Positions 5,681 to 15,177 of a stretch of DNA of 22,896 bases are shown one piece after another. The DNA lies in NCBI GenBank assembly GCA_041497675.1, contig JBGQGY010000051.1, positions 1 to 22,896 of the forward strand, read 5' to 3'. The stretch is from a bacterium. Lineage in GTDB: Bacteria > Sysuimicrobiota > Sysuimicrobiia > Sysuimicrobiales > Humicultoraceae. The notes below the pieces were generated by a model that saw only the letters and a list, made by a program, of their open reading frames with translations, had not been told where the DNA came from and did no database searches. The first letter of the stretch is position 1. Each line of letters starts with the position of its first letter. Both the position numbers and the translations under genes were made by a program.

Positions 5681-7456
5681 ATGTCCCCCACCTTTCGCCG
5701 CGATGCCGCCGCCGGCGCGCTGGCCGGTCTGATCGGCGGGCTCGTCTTCTTGTGGGCCCAGCAATCCCAGGGGATGCGTGCCGCGGTCGGTGGGGTGGCC
5801 GGCGTCACGTCGCTCGGCGCGGGCACCGCCCTGGATCTGGCGACCGCGGCGCTGATCGGCGCTACCTTCGGCCTAATCTTCCGCTATCAGCCGCAGGGCT
5901 ACGCGCCGACCATCAGCAGCGGCGTCCTGTATGGCCTCGTCTGGTGGATCATCGGCCCGCTGACAGTGGTGCCCGCCGTCCTGGGCCGAGGACCGACCTG
6001 GTCGGTCAAGGACGCCAACGCCGCGCTCCCGAGTCTGATCGGGCACGTGCTGTTCGGTGCCCTCACGGGTCTGTGCTATCACGTGCTGATCGGTCTGTAC
6101 CTGCGGCGCCGCCCACAGGTCGCGGCCGCTGCGGCGCCGGCAGACTCGCCCGTCACACGGGTGGTGATTCTCGGCGGGGGCTTTGGAGGCGTCAGCACGG
6201 CCCAACGCCTCGAGCAGATCTTTGCGCGCGACCCCACGGTGGACATCACCCTGGTCAGCCAGAGCAACTACCTGCTGTTCACACCGATGCTCGCCGAGGT
6301 GGCCAGCAGTGGACTGGAGCCGCAGCATATCAGCGCGCCTGTTCGCGCGGCGCTTCTCCGCACGCGGTTTCGACGGGCGGAGGTCGAGGCGATCGACGTC
6401 GCCGCGCAAACCGTGCTGCTGCGCGGCGGCCCCGCGGCCCCGGCCGAAACGATATCCTACGACCACCTGGCGCTGGCGCTCGGGTCGGTGCCGAACTACT
6501 ATGGTCTGCCCGGGCTCGAGGCGCACTCGTTCACGCTCAAGACCCTTCAGGACGCCACCCTGCTGCGCAACCACGTGATCGCGCTGCTGGAGCAGGCCGA
6601 CGTCGAGCCAGACGCGGACGAGCGCCGGCGCATGCTGTCGTTTGTCGTCGCCGGCGGCGGTTTTGCCGGCACGGAAATGATCGCTGAGTTGTTCGACCTG
6701 GTGCACGGCGTGCGCCACTTTTATCCCAACATTCACGCCGGCGACCCTCGCTTCGCGTTGGTGCATTCGGGCACCCGCATCCTGCCCGAGATCGGCCCCG
6801 AACTCGCCGCGTATGCGCTGAGAAAACTCGAGGCGCGCGGGATCGAGTTCCTGCTCGAGGCCCGCGTGGCTGGCGCAACCGCCGACGCCGTGTTGCTGGC
6901 CGATGGTCGGCAGATCGCGACCCGCACGCTGGTGTGGACCGCGGGCAACCAGCCGCACCCGCTCCTTCGGACGTTGCCGTGCGAACGCAACCGCGCCGGC
7001 GCCATCATCACCGAGAGCACGCTGCAGATCAAGGGCTTTGCCAACGCCTGGGCGGTCGGTGACTGCGCCGAGATTCCCGACCTGCTCAATGCCGGGAAGA
7101 CGCTTCCGCCGACCGCGCAGCATGCGCTGCGCGAAGGCCGGGCGGTCGCGGACAATATTGCTGCCATGAGACGCGGCCGTCGTCCCTCACCATTTCGGTT
7201 CCGCACCATCGGCACGCTGGTCGCGCTGGGGCACCGCACGGCCGTCGCCGAGATCCGCGGCTTCAAGTTCTCGGGCCTGCTCGCCTGGATCATGTGGCGC
7301 ACCGTCTACCTGAGTAAACTCCCCGGTCTGGAAAAACAGGTGCGCGTGGCCCTGGACTGGACGATCGACCTGTTCTTCCCGCGCGACATCGCGTTGACGA
7401 TATCCACCCCCACCCTGGGACAGACGCTCGGCGGCCGGCGCGAGGACGACACATGA
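5681..7456 (+). CDS. Type II NADH dehydrogenase (NDH-2 family FAD oxidoreductase) with fused N-terminal multi-TM domain
   Basis: Two Rossmann motifs VVILGGGFGG and VVAGGGFAGTE, LFTPMLAEVA, WAVGDCA, PPTAQHA and C-terminal GLLAWIMWRTVYL. About 140 hydrophobic N-terminal residues. Confidence 0.92.
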   Translation: MSPTFRRDAAAGALAGLIGGLVFLWAQQSQGMRAAVGGVAGVTSLGAGTALDLATAALIGATFGLIFRYQPQGYAPTISSGVLYGLVWWIIGPLTVVPAVLGRGPTWSVKDANAALPSLIGHVLFGALTGLCYHVLIGLYLRRRPQVAAAAAPADSPVTRVVILGGGFGGVSTAQRLEQIFARDPTVDITLVSQSNYLLFTPMLAEVASSGLEPQHISAPVRAALLRTRFRRAEVEAIDVAAQTVLLRGGPAAPAETISYDHLALALGSVPNYYGLPGLEAHSFTLKTLQDATLLRNHVIALLEQADVEPDADERRRMLSFVVAGGGFAGTEMIAELFDLVHGVRHFYPNIHAGDPRFALVHSGTRILPEIGPELAAYALRKLEARGIEFLLEARVAGATADAVLLADGRQIATRTLVWTAGNQPHPLLRTLPCERNRAGAIITESTLQIKGFANAWAVGDCAEIPDLLNAGKTLPPTAQHALREGRAVADNIAAMRRGRRPSPFRFRTIGTLVALGHRTAVAEIRGFKFSGLLAWIMWRTVYLSKLPGLEKQVRVALDWTIDLFFPRDIALTISTPTLGQTLGGRREDDT

Positions 7457-8853
7457 CGTGGCGGGGCTTCGTTCGCGATGGCCTGTTGCCGGGCGCACTC
7501 GCGGGTCTGACCGGTGGGATCGTCTCGGGTCTCGCATTGTCCCGGGTTGGCGCGCTGCCGGCGACGGCGTCGCTGGTGCACTCGGATTCGGCCGTCGTCG
7601 ACTTCGTGTTCCACGCCGCGGTCGCCACGATCATCGGCGGTGGCTTTGGGATTCTGGTGTCGCACCAGCACACGCGTGCAGGCGAAACGCTGTTCTGGGG
7701 ATTGACCTACGGCGCGCTGTGGTGGTTCATCGGACCGCTCACGCTCATGCCGCTGCTGCTGGCCGGATTTCTAGCCTGGGACCTGCACTCGGCCCAGGAA
7801 GCGTTTGCGGGCCTGCTGGGCTACCTGGTCTACGGCGCGACGGCCGGTCTCGCGCTGGCGGCGCTGCGCTCGCAGCGCCGCGCGTTGTCGCTGCGAGTCT
7901 ACGGTGGCGCGGTCGTGCGGGGCGCGCTGGCCGGCCTGATCGCCGGGTGGCTCCTGGTCAGCACGACGGGCGTGCCGGTTTCGTGGTCCAGCGGGCTTCT
8001 GGTCGGGATCATCTTTGCGCTGCTCTATCCGATTCCGCACGACGGCGCCGGGCCGGGTCTGATCCGCGGCACCGTCTTGGGGTTTGTCTCTTGGGTTGCC
8101 GGCCCCCTCTCGCTGACGCCGCTGCTGGCCGGGGGCCGGCTGGCCTGGTCGGTCGACGATGCCCGCACGGCATTCGCGGCGCTGCTGGGATTGTTGCTGC
8201 TCGGGGCGTTGTGCGCCGTGTGGTATCGGTGGTTGGATGGGTTGGTCCGGTTGCTCTTCGCCGAGGTTCGGCGGAGCTACGAGCAGGAGGGCGCGGGCAT
8301 CGAGGGTCTTCGCGCCGTCGGGCGTGGCGCGCTGGCCGGTCTGGTCGGGGGCATCCTCTTTACCCTGGTGATCATGAGAATCGGCGGCCTCGGCGCCGTC
8401 GGGCAGATCATCGGGTCGACCTCGATGGGCTCGGGTCTATTCGTGCAGTTCGTCGTCTCGGAAACCATCGGCGTCACCTACGGCCTGCTGTTCCGGCGGC
8501 AGAGCTACGACGTCGGGTCGGGGCTGGGATGGGGGTTGGCGTACGGCTTCTTCTGGTGGGTCCTGGGACCGCTCACCCTGACGCCACTGCTGCTGGGCGG
8601 GCGGCCACAGTGGACCGTGGAGTCCGCGGCCGCACTCTTCCCGTATCTGATAGGCCACCTCGCCTATGGGGCCGCGCTGGGTATCGTCTTTCACCTGCTC
8701 GAGGCTCGGCAGAACCCGTGGTGGATCCCCCGGACGCACGCGGAGGCGGCCCGCGTGGCGCGCCATCGCGAGCAGCTGCTCACGTCGGCGCCGGCGCTGT
8801 GGGCGTTGATCGTGATGATCGCGCTGGTGATCCCGGTGCTGCTCGGGCTCTAG
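7453..8853 (+). CDS. Polytopic membrane protein made of three repeats of the domain fused to the upstream NDH-2
   Basis: ATGA overlap with the upstream stop. Three repeats of GALAGLxxG...W(F/V)xGPL(T/S)LxPLLxxG..xW. Confidence 0.85.
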   Translation: MTWRGFVRDGLLPGALAGLTGGIVSGLALSRVGALPATASLVHSDSAVVDFVFHAAVATIIGGGFGILVSHQHTRAGETLFWGLTYGALWWFIGPLTLMPLLLAGFLAWDLHSAQEAFAGLLGYLVYGATAGLALAALRSQRRALSLRVYGGAVVRGALAGLIAGWLLVSTTGVPVSWSSGLLVGIIFALLYPIPHDGAGPGLIRGTVLGFVSWVAGPLSLTPLLAGGRLAWSVDDARTAFAALLGLLLLGALCAVWYRWLDGLVRLLFAEVRRSYEQEGAGIEGLRAVGRGALAGLVGGILFTLVIMRIGGLGAVGQIIGSTSMGSGLFVQFVVSETIGVTYGLLFRRQSYDVGSGLGWGLAYGFFWWVLGPLTLTPLLLGGRPQWTVESAAALFPYLIGHLAYGAALGIVFHLLEARQNPWWIPRTHAEAARVARHREQLLTSAPALWALIVMIALVIPVLLGL

Positions 8854-8856
8854 AGG

Positions 8857-9480
8857 CTACGCCGTCCGCGGGAAGCGCTGCTCGCCGGCGGGAATCGCGA
8901 CGGGCAGATGGTTCTCTTCCGGCGCCAGCGGGCAGTCCCACCGCACATGATAGGCGCACGATGGATTGTAGGCGTAGTTGAAATCGACGACCACGCGGGT
9001 CCCCTCTCCTCCCAGATCGGCGCCCTTGATCGTGTCGAGGAGGTAGCGGCCACCCTGATACGTGGTCTCCGCGCTTGTCAGATCCTTGAACGGGAGGAAG
9101 ACACCACCGCCATACCCCATGATCCAGAACAATGACAGCGAGACTCCGCGGCCGACGATGGAAAAGAGCACGCGGCCGACGCGGCGCAGCCGCATGATGC
9201 CATCGTCCCGGAGGTGGACCTCGATGACACCGGGTTCGACCGCGGCGTCCACGGGCAGCGTGAAACGTAGCGATGGATCGTAGCGGAAGTACGGAAGCCC
9301 GGTGAACGCTGCCCGCTGCTCAGGCCCAAGCGCAGACTGCGGGTGCGCGCGGAAGAGATCGTCACGGGCGCGGCGGAACTCCAGACAGGCGGTCTCCGGA
9401 TGGGACCGACCTGCGCGCACGCCCGCGTACATCTCAAAGACCCTGCGCCGGTAGTCCCACACGTCGAGACGATCGTTCAA
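8857..9480 (-). CDS. DUF1684 family protein
   Basis: Motifs RDDLFRAHPQS, FLPFKDLTS.ETTYQGGRYL, VDFNYAYNPSCAY...CPLAPEENHL. TTG start abuts the upstream stop, with RBS GAGGAG. Confidence 0.9.
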   Translation of the reverse strand: MNDRLDVWDYRRRVFEMYAGVRAGRSHPETACLEFRRARDDLFRAHPQSALGPEQRAAFTGLPYFRYDPSLRFTLPVDAAVEPGVIEVHLRDDGIMRLRRVGRVLFSIVGRGVSLSLFWIMGYGGGVFLPFKDLTSAETTYQGGRYLLDTIKGADLGGEGTRVVVDFNYAYNPSCAYHVRWDCPLAPEENHLPVAIPAGEQRFPRTA

Positions 9481-9999
9481 TCAGTTCTCCTCGAGCAGTT
9501 GCCTGATGACCCGGTCGGTCTCATCGTAGGCGCCTTCACCGAAGTGCTGGTAGCGGATGATGCCCTTCTTATCCACCAGATAGAGCGACGGCCAGTAGGT
9601 GTTGTTGTACGCGCGCCAGATGCGGAAGTCGTTGTCCATGACCACCGCGTACTTGATCCCGAGTTTGGCAATGGAGGTCCGCACGTATGGTTCCGACCGC
9701 TCGTAGCTGAACTCCGGCGCGTGAACGCCAACGATCACCAGGCCGCGATCGACGTACTTCGTGTGCCACTTCTTGAGATCGGGCATGACGTTGCGGCAGT
9801 TGATACAGCCCGCGGTCCACATTTCTACCGCAACCACTTTCCCTCGGAGATCGGCGAGCGTGAGCGCCCTCCCGCCGGTGTTGAACCACGGCCCCCCACC
9901 CACCAAATCGGGCGCCTTTCGAAACGCCGCCTCTACACCGTTGGATGCCGCCAGACCGGCGAAGACGAGCAACAGCACTGCCAGACCGATCGCGCGCAT
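9481..9999 (-). CDS. Exported thioredoxin-like redoxin (DipZ C-terminal / TlpA-like)
   Basis: Signal peptide; WTAGCINC active site, IVGVHAPEF, YWPSLYLVDKKG and HFGEGAY. Confidence 0.92.
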   Translation of the reverse strand: MRAIGLAVLLLVFAGLAASNGVEAAFRKAPDLVGGGPWFNTGGRALTLADLRGKVVAVEMWTAGCINCRNVMPDLKKWHTKYVDRGLVIVGVHAPEFSYERSEPYVRTSIAKLGIKYAVVMDNDFRIWRAYNNTYWPSLYLVDKKGIIRYQHFGEGAYDETDRVIRQLLEEN

Positions 10000-10005
10000 G
10001 ATCCC

Positions 10006-10011
10006 AGTCTA
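10006..10011 (-). promoter_or_regulatory. -10 box for leaderless redoxin transcript
   Basis: TAGACT 6 nt before ATG 9999; no SD sequence. Confidence 0.5.
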
Positions 10012-10047
10012 CCTGCGCATTGTTGCGATTGCATTAAGCCGAGGGCG

Positions 10048-10524
10048 TCAGGAGGAGGCCAGCGGACCCGTCAGCCAGGCGACCCGGGCACTCGTCGCCC
10101 GGATCAGATCGCGCGGGTCCATCCAGAGTTGCAGACCCCGCTCACCTGCGCTCACGCTGATGCGCTCGTGATCCAGCGCCGACGCGTCGATGAACGTCGG
10201 CCACGGCCGCCGCGTGGCCACGGGTGAGACGGCGCCTTTAACATATCCAACCAGACGCATCAAATCGCCCGCTTCGACCAGGTCGACCCGGTGGGCGCCC
10301 GCGACGCGGGCCAGGGTGCGAAGGTGCAGTTCCTGGTCGCCCGGCACGCAGGCCAGCAGCACGCGGCCGTCGTCGGTGCGTAGAACCAGGGTCTTGAAGA
10401 CCCGCTCAGGCGTAATCCCCAGACGCTCCGCGGCTTCGGCCGCGGTGAAGGTTTCGGCCTCGAACTCGAGCAGTTCGAACGGGATGGAGTGCCGTTCAAG
10501 CGCCGCAGTGGCTCGGGTGCGCAT
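10048..10524 (-). CDS. ybaK: YbaK/EbsC-family aminoacyl-tRNA deacylase
   Basis: VFKTLV, GYVKGAVSP and VSAGERG motifs; 158 aa. Confidence 0.9.
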   Translation of the reverse strand: MRTRATAALERHSIPFELLEFEAETFTAAEAAERLGITPERVFKTLVLRTDDGRVLLACVPGDQELHLRTLARVAGAHRVDLVEAGDLMRLVGYVKGAVSPVATRRPWPTFIDASALDHERISVSAGERGLQLWMDPRDLIRATSARVAWLTGPLASS

Positions 10525-10570
10525 CGCCGCGAACTTCCTCCACCTGCCGGTGCTCTTCCTGCCGACGCGC

Positions 10571-10576
10571 TATACT
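10571..10576 (+). promoter_or_regulatory. -10 box for leaderless helicase transcript
   Basis: TATACT 7 nt before ATG 10584; no SD sequence. Confidence 0.55.
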
Positions 10577-10583
10577 GCGACTC

Positions 10584-12593
10584 ATGACCCGACCCGCGCC
10601 GGCGGCCTCGTTGCATCCAGGGCTGGGGCCCATCCTCATCGAGGTCGGCGAAGTACCCTCGGCCCCGCTGGTCCCTGCACGATTCCAGCGCGAGGCCCTG
10701 GCCGCAGTGGCCTCGGGTGACGTGCTCGTCGTGGCGCCGACGGGCAGCGGCAAGACATGGATCGCGGAGGAGGCCATCGGCGGGCTGCTCGACCGCGGTC
10801 AGAGCGTCTGGTACACGACTCCGCTCAAAGCGCTCTCGAATCAGAAGTTTCGACAGTTCCAGCGTCGTTTCGGTGACGAGCGCGTCGGGCTGTTGACCGG
10901 CGAACGCCGCATCAATCACGTCGCACCGTTGGTCGTCGGCACGACTGAGATCTTGAGGAACATCCTCTACGGCGGTAGCCATGCCCCGGCGCTGGTCGTC
11001 CTCGACGAGGCCCACTACCTTGGCGACCAGGAGCGTGGCACGGCGTGGGAAGAGGCCATCATGCTCGCCCCGCCGCACACGCGGCTGCTGCTGCTCTCCG
11101 CCTCCATCCCCAATGCGGATGAACTCGCCGGCTGGCTCAACGAGGTTCGCGGCCGCCCCCCACGCGTGGTGACTGAAAGTGAGCGGCCGGTGCCGCTGCG
11201 AATCTTGATGACGGACGGTCGCGGTCATCTGCTGCCGCCGGCGCTGGGCGGCCGGGTCCGCGCGGCGCCGCGCCGGCACGGATGGCTGGTCGAGCTGCAG
11301 CGGCAACTGGACGCCGGACACCTGTTGCCGGCGATCCTCTTCTTCCCTTCGAGAAAAGAGTGCGACGTCGCGGCGCGCGAGCTGTCGGTGCTCAGAGCTC
11401 CGGGCGCCGAGGATCGCGCGCGGGCCCTGGGTGTCTGGGAAACCGAATATCCCACGTTGATGGGCCATCGCTTTCGACATACGTTGATTCAGTGTGGCGT
11501 GGCGCCGCACCACGCCGGGCACCTCATGGCCTGGCGGCTCGCGGTCGAGGATCTTCTGGCGCGAGGGTTGGTCCGCGCGGTGGCCGCGACGACCACGCTG
11601 GCCAGCGGGCTCGACGTCCCGGCGCGTACCGTCGCGTTGAGCACCCTGGTGCGCAACAGCCCTCACGGGCCGGTCGCGCTCTCGTCGACCGAGTTCCAGC
11701 AGATGGCGGGGCGCGCCGGCCGGCGGGGCCGCGACCGTATCGGCATCGTCGTGGTGCCGGCCTCGAGCCGCGAAGAAGCATCGTTGGGTCTGGCCATGGC
11801 AGATGCAGAGCCGGAGCCCGTGATCTCCGCGTTTCGGCCGTCCTACACGCAGGTGCTCAACCTGCTGGCGCGGCGCGCGCTGGACGACGCGCTCGCCGAA
11901 CTCCGCCGCTCGCTGGCCGCGTATCAAGGCCATCTGGGCGGACGCCCCCGGCTACCGCGCAGGCTGCCTGAGGGCGCCGTGGCGGACGCCGCGCGTGATG
12001 CACGCGATGCCCTGGACGCCGCGTTTCTGCTGCGCGCCGCCGTGTTGCAGACGCTTGGGTATCTCGACCGCTCGGCGCAGCTCACGACCGAAGGCCGGTG
12101 GGCCATGCGGCTGCGCCATCCGCGCCTGTTGATCCTCGCAGAGTTGGTGCGGCGCCGCCAGGTACCTGCGACGGGGCCGCGGCTCGCGGCGGCGGCCGCG
12201 GCGCTTGGGACCGAGCGGCCGCCACGGGCAGGAGGCACCAAGGCGCGGGTTGGGACAATCGCCCATATCGTGGAAGACGTCAACGCGTTGGAACGACAGC
12301 TTGGCGTCGACCCGGATTCGCTCAGCGGCGAGTTCCGCACCGAGTGGGACCGCGGCCGTCGTCAACCCGTCCCATCACCTGCCGAGCGCCGCGCGGGCGC
12401 CGCCGAAGCGTGGGCCCGTGGGGCCGAGTGGCTGCAGCTGGTCCGGGAGACCGATTCCGAGGAAGGTGACCTGCAGCGGACGGTTCTCCAGGCGGCGGAG
12501 ATCCTGATGCAACTCGAGGGGCTGCCGATGCCGGACCTGCGCTTGATGGCCCACAAGGCACGCGAGACCTTGTTGCGCGCGCCGATCGTGTGA
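10584..12593 (+). CDS. Ski2/HelY-like DEAH-box SF2 RNA helicase
   Basis: APTGSGKT, TTPLKALSNQKF, TTEILRN, DEAH, LSAS, HHAG and QMAGRAGRRG, plus a DSHCT-like C-terminus (EEGDLQR). Confidence 0.93.
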   Translation: MTRPAPAASLHPGLGPILIEVGEVPSAPLVPARFQREALAAVASGDVLVVAPTGSGKTWIAEEAIGGLLDRGQSVWYTTPLKALSNQKFRQFQRRFGDERVGLLTGERRINHVAPLVVGTTEILRNILYGGSHAPALVVLDEAHYLGDQERGTAWEEAIMLAPPHTRLLLLSASIPNADELAGWLNEVRGRPPRVVTESERPVPLRILMTDGRGHLLPPALGGRVRAAPRRHGWLVELQRQLDAGHLLPAILFFPSRKECDVAARELSVLRAPGAEDRARALGVWETEYPTLMGHRFRHTLIQCGVAPHHAGHLMAWRLAVEDLLARGLVRAVAATTTLASGLDVPARTVALSTLVRNSPHGPVALSSTEFQQMAGRAGRRGRDRIGIVVVPASSREEASLGLAMADAEPEPVISAFRPSYTQVLNLLARRALDDALAELRRSLAAYQGHLGGRPRLPRRLPEGAVADAARDARDALDAAFLLRAAVLQTLGYLDRSAQLTTEGRWAMRLRHPRLLILAELVRRRQVPATGPRLAAAAAALGTERPPRAGGTKARVGTIAHIVEDVNALERQLGVDPDSLSGEFRTEWDRGRRQPVPSPAERRAGAAEAWARGAEWLQLVRETDSEEGDLQRTVLQAAEILMQLEGLPMPDLRLMAHKARETLLRAPIV

Positions 12594-12607
12594 GTGGGCG
12601 TCGGCCG

Positions 12608-12637
12608 TTGACCATCCGTTCGCCCGCATGCTAGGCT
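12608..12637 (+). promoter_or_regulatory. Putative sigma70 promoter of the racemase-ABC operon
   Basis: TTGACC-18nt-TAGGCT with extended -10 TG; RBS GGGGAGG at 12667-12673. Confidence 0.6.
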
Positions 12638-12681
12638 GCGTGTGCGTTTGACCTCGGCTCGTCACTGGGGAGGCGATACTC

Positions 12682-13437
12682 GTGCGGGGCCTGTACCTGA
12701 TCCCTGGCTGGATGTCGGGAACCGAATGGGGGGCGGCTGAGCTCAATCGCCGACGCGCCGCGGTTCAGCGGATCGCGGGTCCCGACTGGGCGATGGACGC
12801 CTGGGAAGTGCCGGACGGGCCCACGTCGATTGAATCCGCCTACGAAGAGTATCGCTCGGTGCCCGGCGCCGTCGAGCGGCTTGTCGAGGCCGAGCGGGCC
12901 GGATTCAACGGCGCGATCCTCGGATGTTTCGGCGATCCCGGGATCGAGGCCGCGCGCGAGATGGTCAGTATCCCCGTCATCGGACCAGGCGAGGCGGCCA
13001 TGCTCGTGGCGGCGTCGCTGGGACACCGCTTCGCCATCGTCACGGTCCTTGACTCCGTCAACTATCTCCTTGAGCGGTTGGCCTGGCAGGTCGGCGTGGA
13101 TCGCAAGCTCGCGTGCGTGCGCGCCATCGGCGTCCCCGTCCTCGAACTGGGTCGCGATCCGAATGAGACTTTCCAACGCATGGTCCGCGAGAGCGAAGCC
13201 GCCCGCGATCGTGACCGGGCCGACGTCATCATCATGGGCTGCATGACGATGGCCTTCCAGGACAAGCACCGCGACCTGACGCGGGTGCTCGGCATCCCCG
13301 TCGTCAATCCCGTCTATGCGGCCGTGAAGCTCATGCAGCTCTTCTGCGATCTCGGCCTCAGTCACAGCCGCCGGGCCTACCCGGTGCCGCCCAAAGTGGC
13401 CAAAGCGGCCGCGGGCGGTGCGCGTGGTGCACACTGA
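12682..13437 (+). CDS. Asp/Glu/hydantoin racemase family protein
   Basis: GPTSIES, catalytic Cys motifs GCFGDPG and IIMGCMTM, IPVVNPV. Confidence 0.9.
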   Translation: MRGLYLIPGWMSGTEWGAAELNRRRAAVQRIAGPDWAMDAWEVPDGPTSIESAYEEYRSVPGAVERLVEAERAGFNGAILGCFGDPGIEAAREMVSIPVIGPGEAAMLVAASLGHRFAIVTVLDSVNYLLERLAWQVGVDRKLACVRAIGVPVLELGRDPNETFQRMVRESEAARDRDRADVIIMGCMTMAFQDKHRDLTRVLGIPVVNPVYAAVKLMQLFCDLGLSHSRRAYPVPPKVAKAAAGGARGAH

Positions 13438-13532
13438 CCTGCCCCGCGCGCGTGCCTGCAGGAACCAGCGCTCAATAAATGAAGGAAACACGCACACGCG
13501 ACTCAAGATGCACGCCGAAAGGGGATAGCACC

Positions 13533-15116
13533 ATGCGAGTACGTGTTGCGATAGTCTTGCTGCTCGGTCTCGCGTTGATCGCGGGGTTTCGGGCCCCGGC
13601 ATCGGGTGGGCCGGCGCCGGGCGGGGGGATCGTCTTCCCCATTGTCGGCGATCCGACGTTCAACCCATGGCACCCGCGGCATTTTGTGGAGTCGATCTTC
13701 GTCACGCGGGTTCTCTTCAACGGGTTAACCAAGTGGGGAAAAGACTCCAAGTGGGTAGGAGACCTGGCCGAGCGCTGGGAAGTCTCGCCGGACGGGCTGA
13801 CGTGGACCTTCTACCTGCGCAAGGGCGTGAAGTGGCACGACGGACGCGACTTCACCTCTGATGACGTGAAGTTCACCTACGACATCGTGCTCAACCCGCG
13901 GCTGGGCGCAACGGGAAGGGCGAACTTCGGCTCTATGAAGGAAGTCAAAGTCGTAGACGCCAACACCGTGCAGTTCCTCCTCTCCACGCCGCAGGCCAGC
14001 ATCGTGGCGGTCGTGGGCGTCAACGCCGGCATCCTCCCCCGGCACGCGTTTGCCGGCGTCGCCCCGGAAAACTACTGGACGCACGACGCTTTCAACAAAC
14101 GCAACCCGATCGGCACAGGCGCGTACAAGATGAAGGAATACGTGTCGGGGTCTTACGTGACGCTGGAAAAGCATCCCAGCTATTTCGGCGGGGCTCCGTC
14201 GATTGACACGGTCACGTTCAAGGTGCTTCCCGACGTCAACGCGCAGATCGCGCAGTTCCTCGCCGGCGACCTGAACGTCATCTTCATCGACAACCCGACG
14301 CTGGTGAAGGCCGTACAGGGGCGGCCGAATATCAAGGTCGACACGCTGCCGCAGAACAACTTCTACTACATCGCCCCCAACCATCGCAACAAGTTGTTTC
14401 AGGACCGCCGCGTGCGCCAGGCCATCATGTACTCTCTGGATCGCCCGGCGATGATCAAGGGCTTCCTTGAAGGCTTCGCGACTCCCGCCAGCGGCCCGCT
14501 CACGCCGGTGCTCAAGAACTACTTCAATCCCAACGTGAAGACGTACGAGTTTGACCGCGCCAAGGCGCGCCAGTTGCTGGCCGAGGCCGGCTGGCAGCCC
14601 GGATCCGACGGCGTCCTGGTCAAGGACGGGCAGCGGTTCCAATTCACCCTCACGTATCCCACGGTGCAGTACTTCGAACCGCTGGCCGCGCTGATACAGC
14701 AGTACCTGCGTGCCGTGGGTATGGAGACGACCCTCGACGGGGTGGATTTCAACACCTTCATCTCGCAGCGCTACCTCCCGCGGCGGTACGATGCGACGAT
14801 CGTCTGGTGGATCATGCCCGAAGACCCCGACTTCTTCAACTACGCGCACAGCAGCGCCGCGGAGCGCGGATTCAACGTGCCAATGTACAGCAATAAGGAG
14901 GCGGACGCGCTGCTCGAGGCCGGGCGCAAGGCGCAGACCGTCGCCGAGCGGGAGCGTATCTACAAGAAGTTCCAGGAACTCGCCGCGGAAGACCTGCCAT
15001 ATCTGTATCTCTGGTGGCCGAACGAGATCCGCGCCTGGAACACACGGGTCAAGGGCATCCCGCCCATTCACCTGCGGGCCGCGTTCCAGTGGATCAACGA
15101 GTGGAAGCTGGAGTAG
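13533..15116 (+). CDS. ABC transporter substrate-binding protein, family 5 (peptide/nickel)
   Basis: RBS AAAGGGGG + ATG 13533; signal peptide; DLAERWEVSPDGLTWTFYLRKGVKWHDG, PIGTGAYK and DRRVRQAI. Confidence 0.95.
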   Translation: MRVRVAIVLLLGLALIAGFRAPASGGPAPGGGIVFPIVGDPTFNPWHPRHFVESIFVTRVLFNGLTKWGKDSKWVGDLAERWEVSPDGLTWTFYLRKGVKWHDGRDFTSDDVKFTYDIVLNPRLGATGRANFGSMKEVKVVDANTVQFLLSTPQASIVAVVGVNAGILPRHAFAGVAPENYWTHDAFNKRNPIGTGAYKMKEYVSGSYVTLEKHPSYFGGAPSIDTVTFKVLPDVNAQIAQFLAGDLNVIFIDNPTLVKAVQGRPNIKVDTLPQNNFYYIAPNHRNKLFQDRRVRQAIMYSLDRPAMIKGFLEGFATPASGPLTPVLKNYFNPNVKTYEFDRAKARQLLAEAGWQPGSDGVLVKDGQRFQFTLTYPTVQYFEPLAALIQQYLRAVGMETTLDGVDFNTFISQRYLPRRYDATIVWWIMPEDPDFFNYAHSSAAERGFNVPMYSNKEADALLEAGRKAQTVAERERIYKKFQELAAEDLPYLYLWWPNEIRAWNTRVKGIPPIHLRAAFQWINEWKLE

Positions 15117-15127
15117 CCTGCTGAGGG

Positions 15128-15169
15128 TCTGCTTCCGCGGGTCCTAAACGACGGACCTGCGGAAGCAGA
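15128..15169 (+). other. Intercistronic stem-loop after the binding-protein gene
   Basis: TCTGCTTCCGCGGGTCC-TAAACGAC-GGACCTGCGGAAGCAGA: 17-bp stem with one G-U pair and no U-tract. Typical stabiliser or attenuator in ABC operons. Confidence 0.75.
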
Positions 15170-15177
15170 ATGCAGCC

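Noticed and set aside
5111..5764. N-terminal extension of the 394-aa ORF 4580-5764
   Set aside because: Overlaps the plus-strand secreted-protein gene; the real DinB start is GTG 5110 with a strong RBS.
10260..11933. 557-aa minus-strand ORF, and similar long antisense ORFs at 5873-7123, 13725-15071, 15223-16917 and 17660-18955
   Set aside because: Shadow ORFs opposite well-supported genes, expected in high-GC DNA; no recognisable motifs.
13479..13532. Upstream ATG extension of the binding protein
   Set aside because: The RBS and signal peptide fit ATG 13533.
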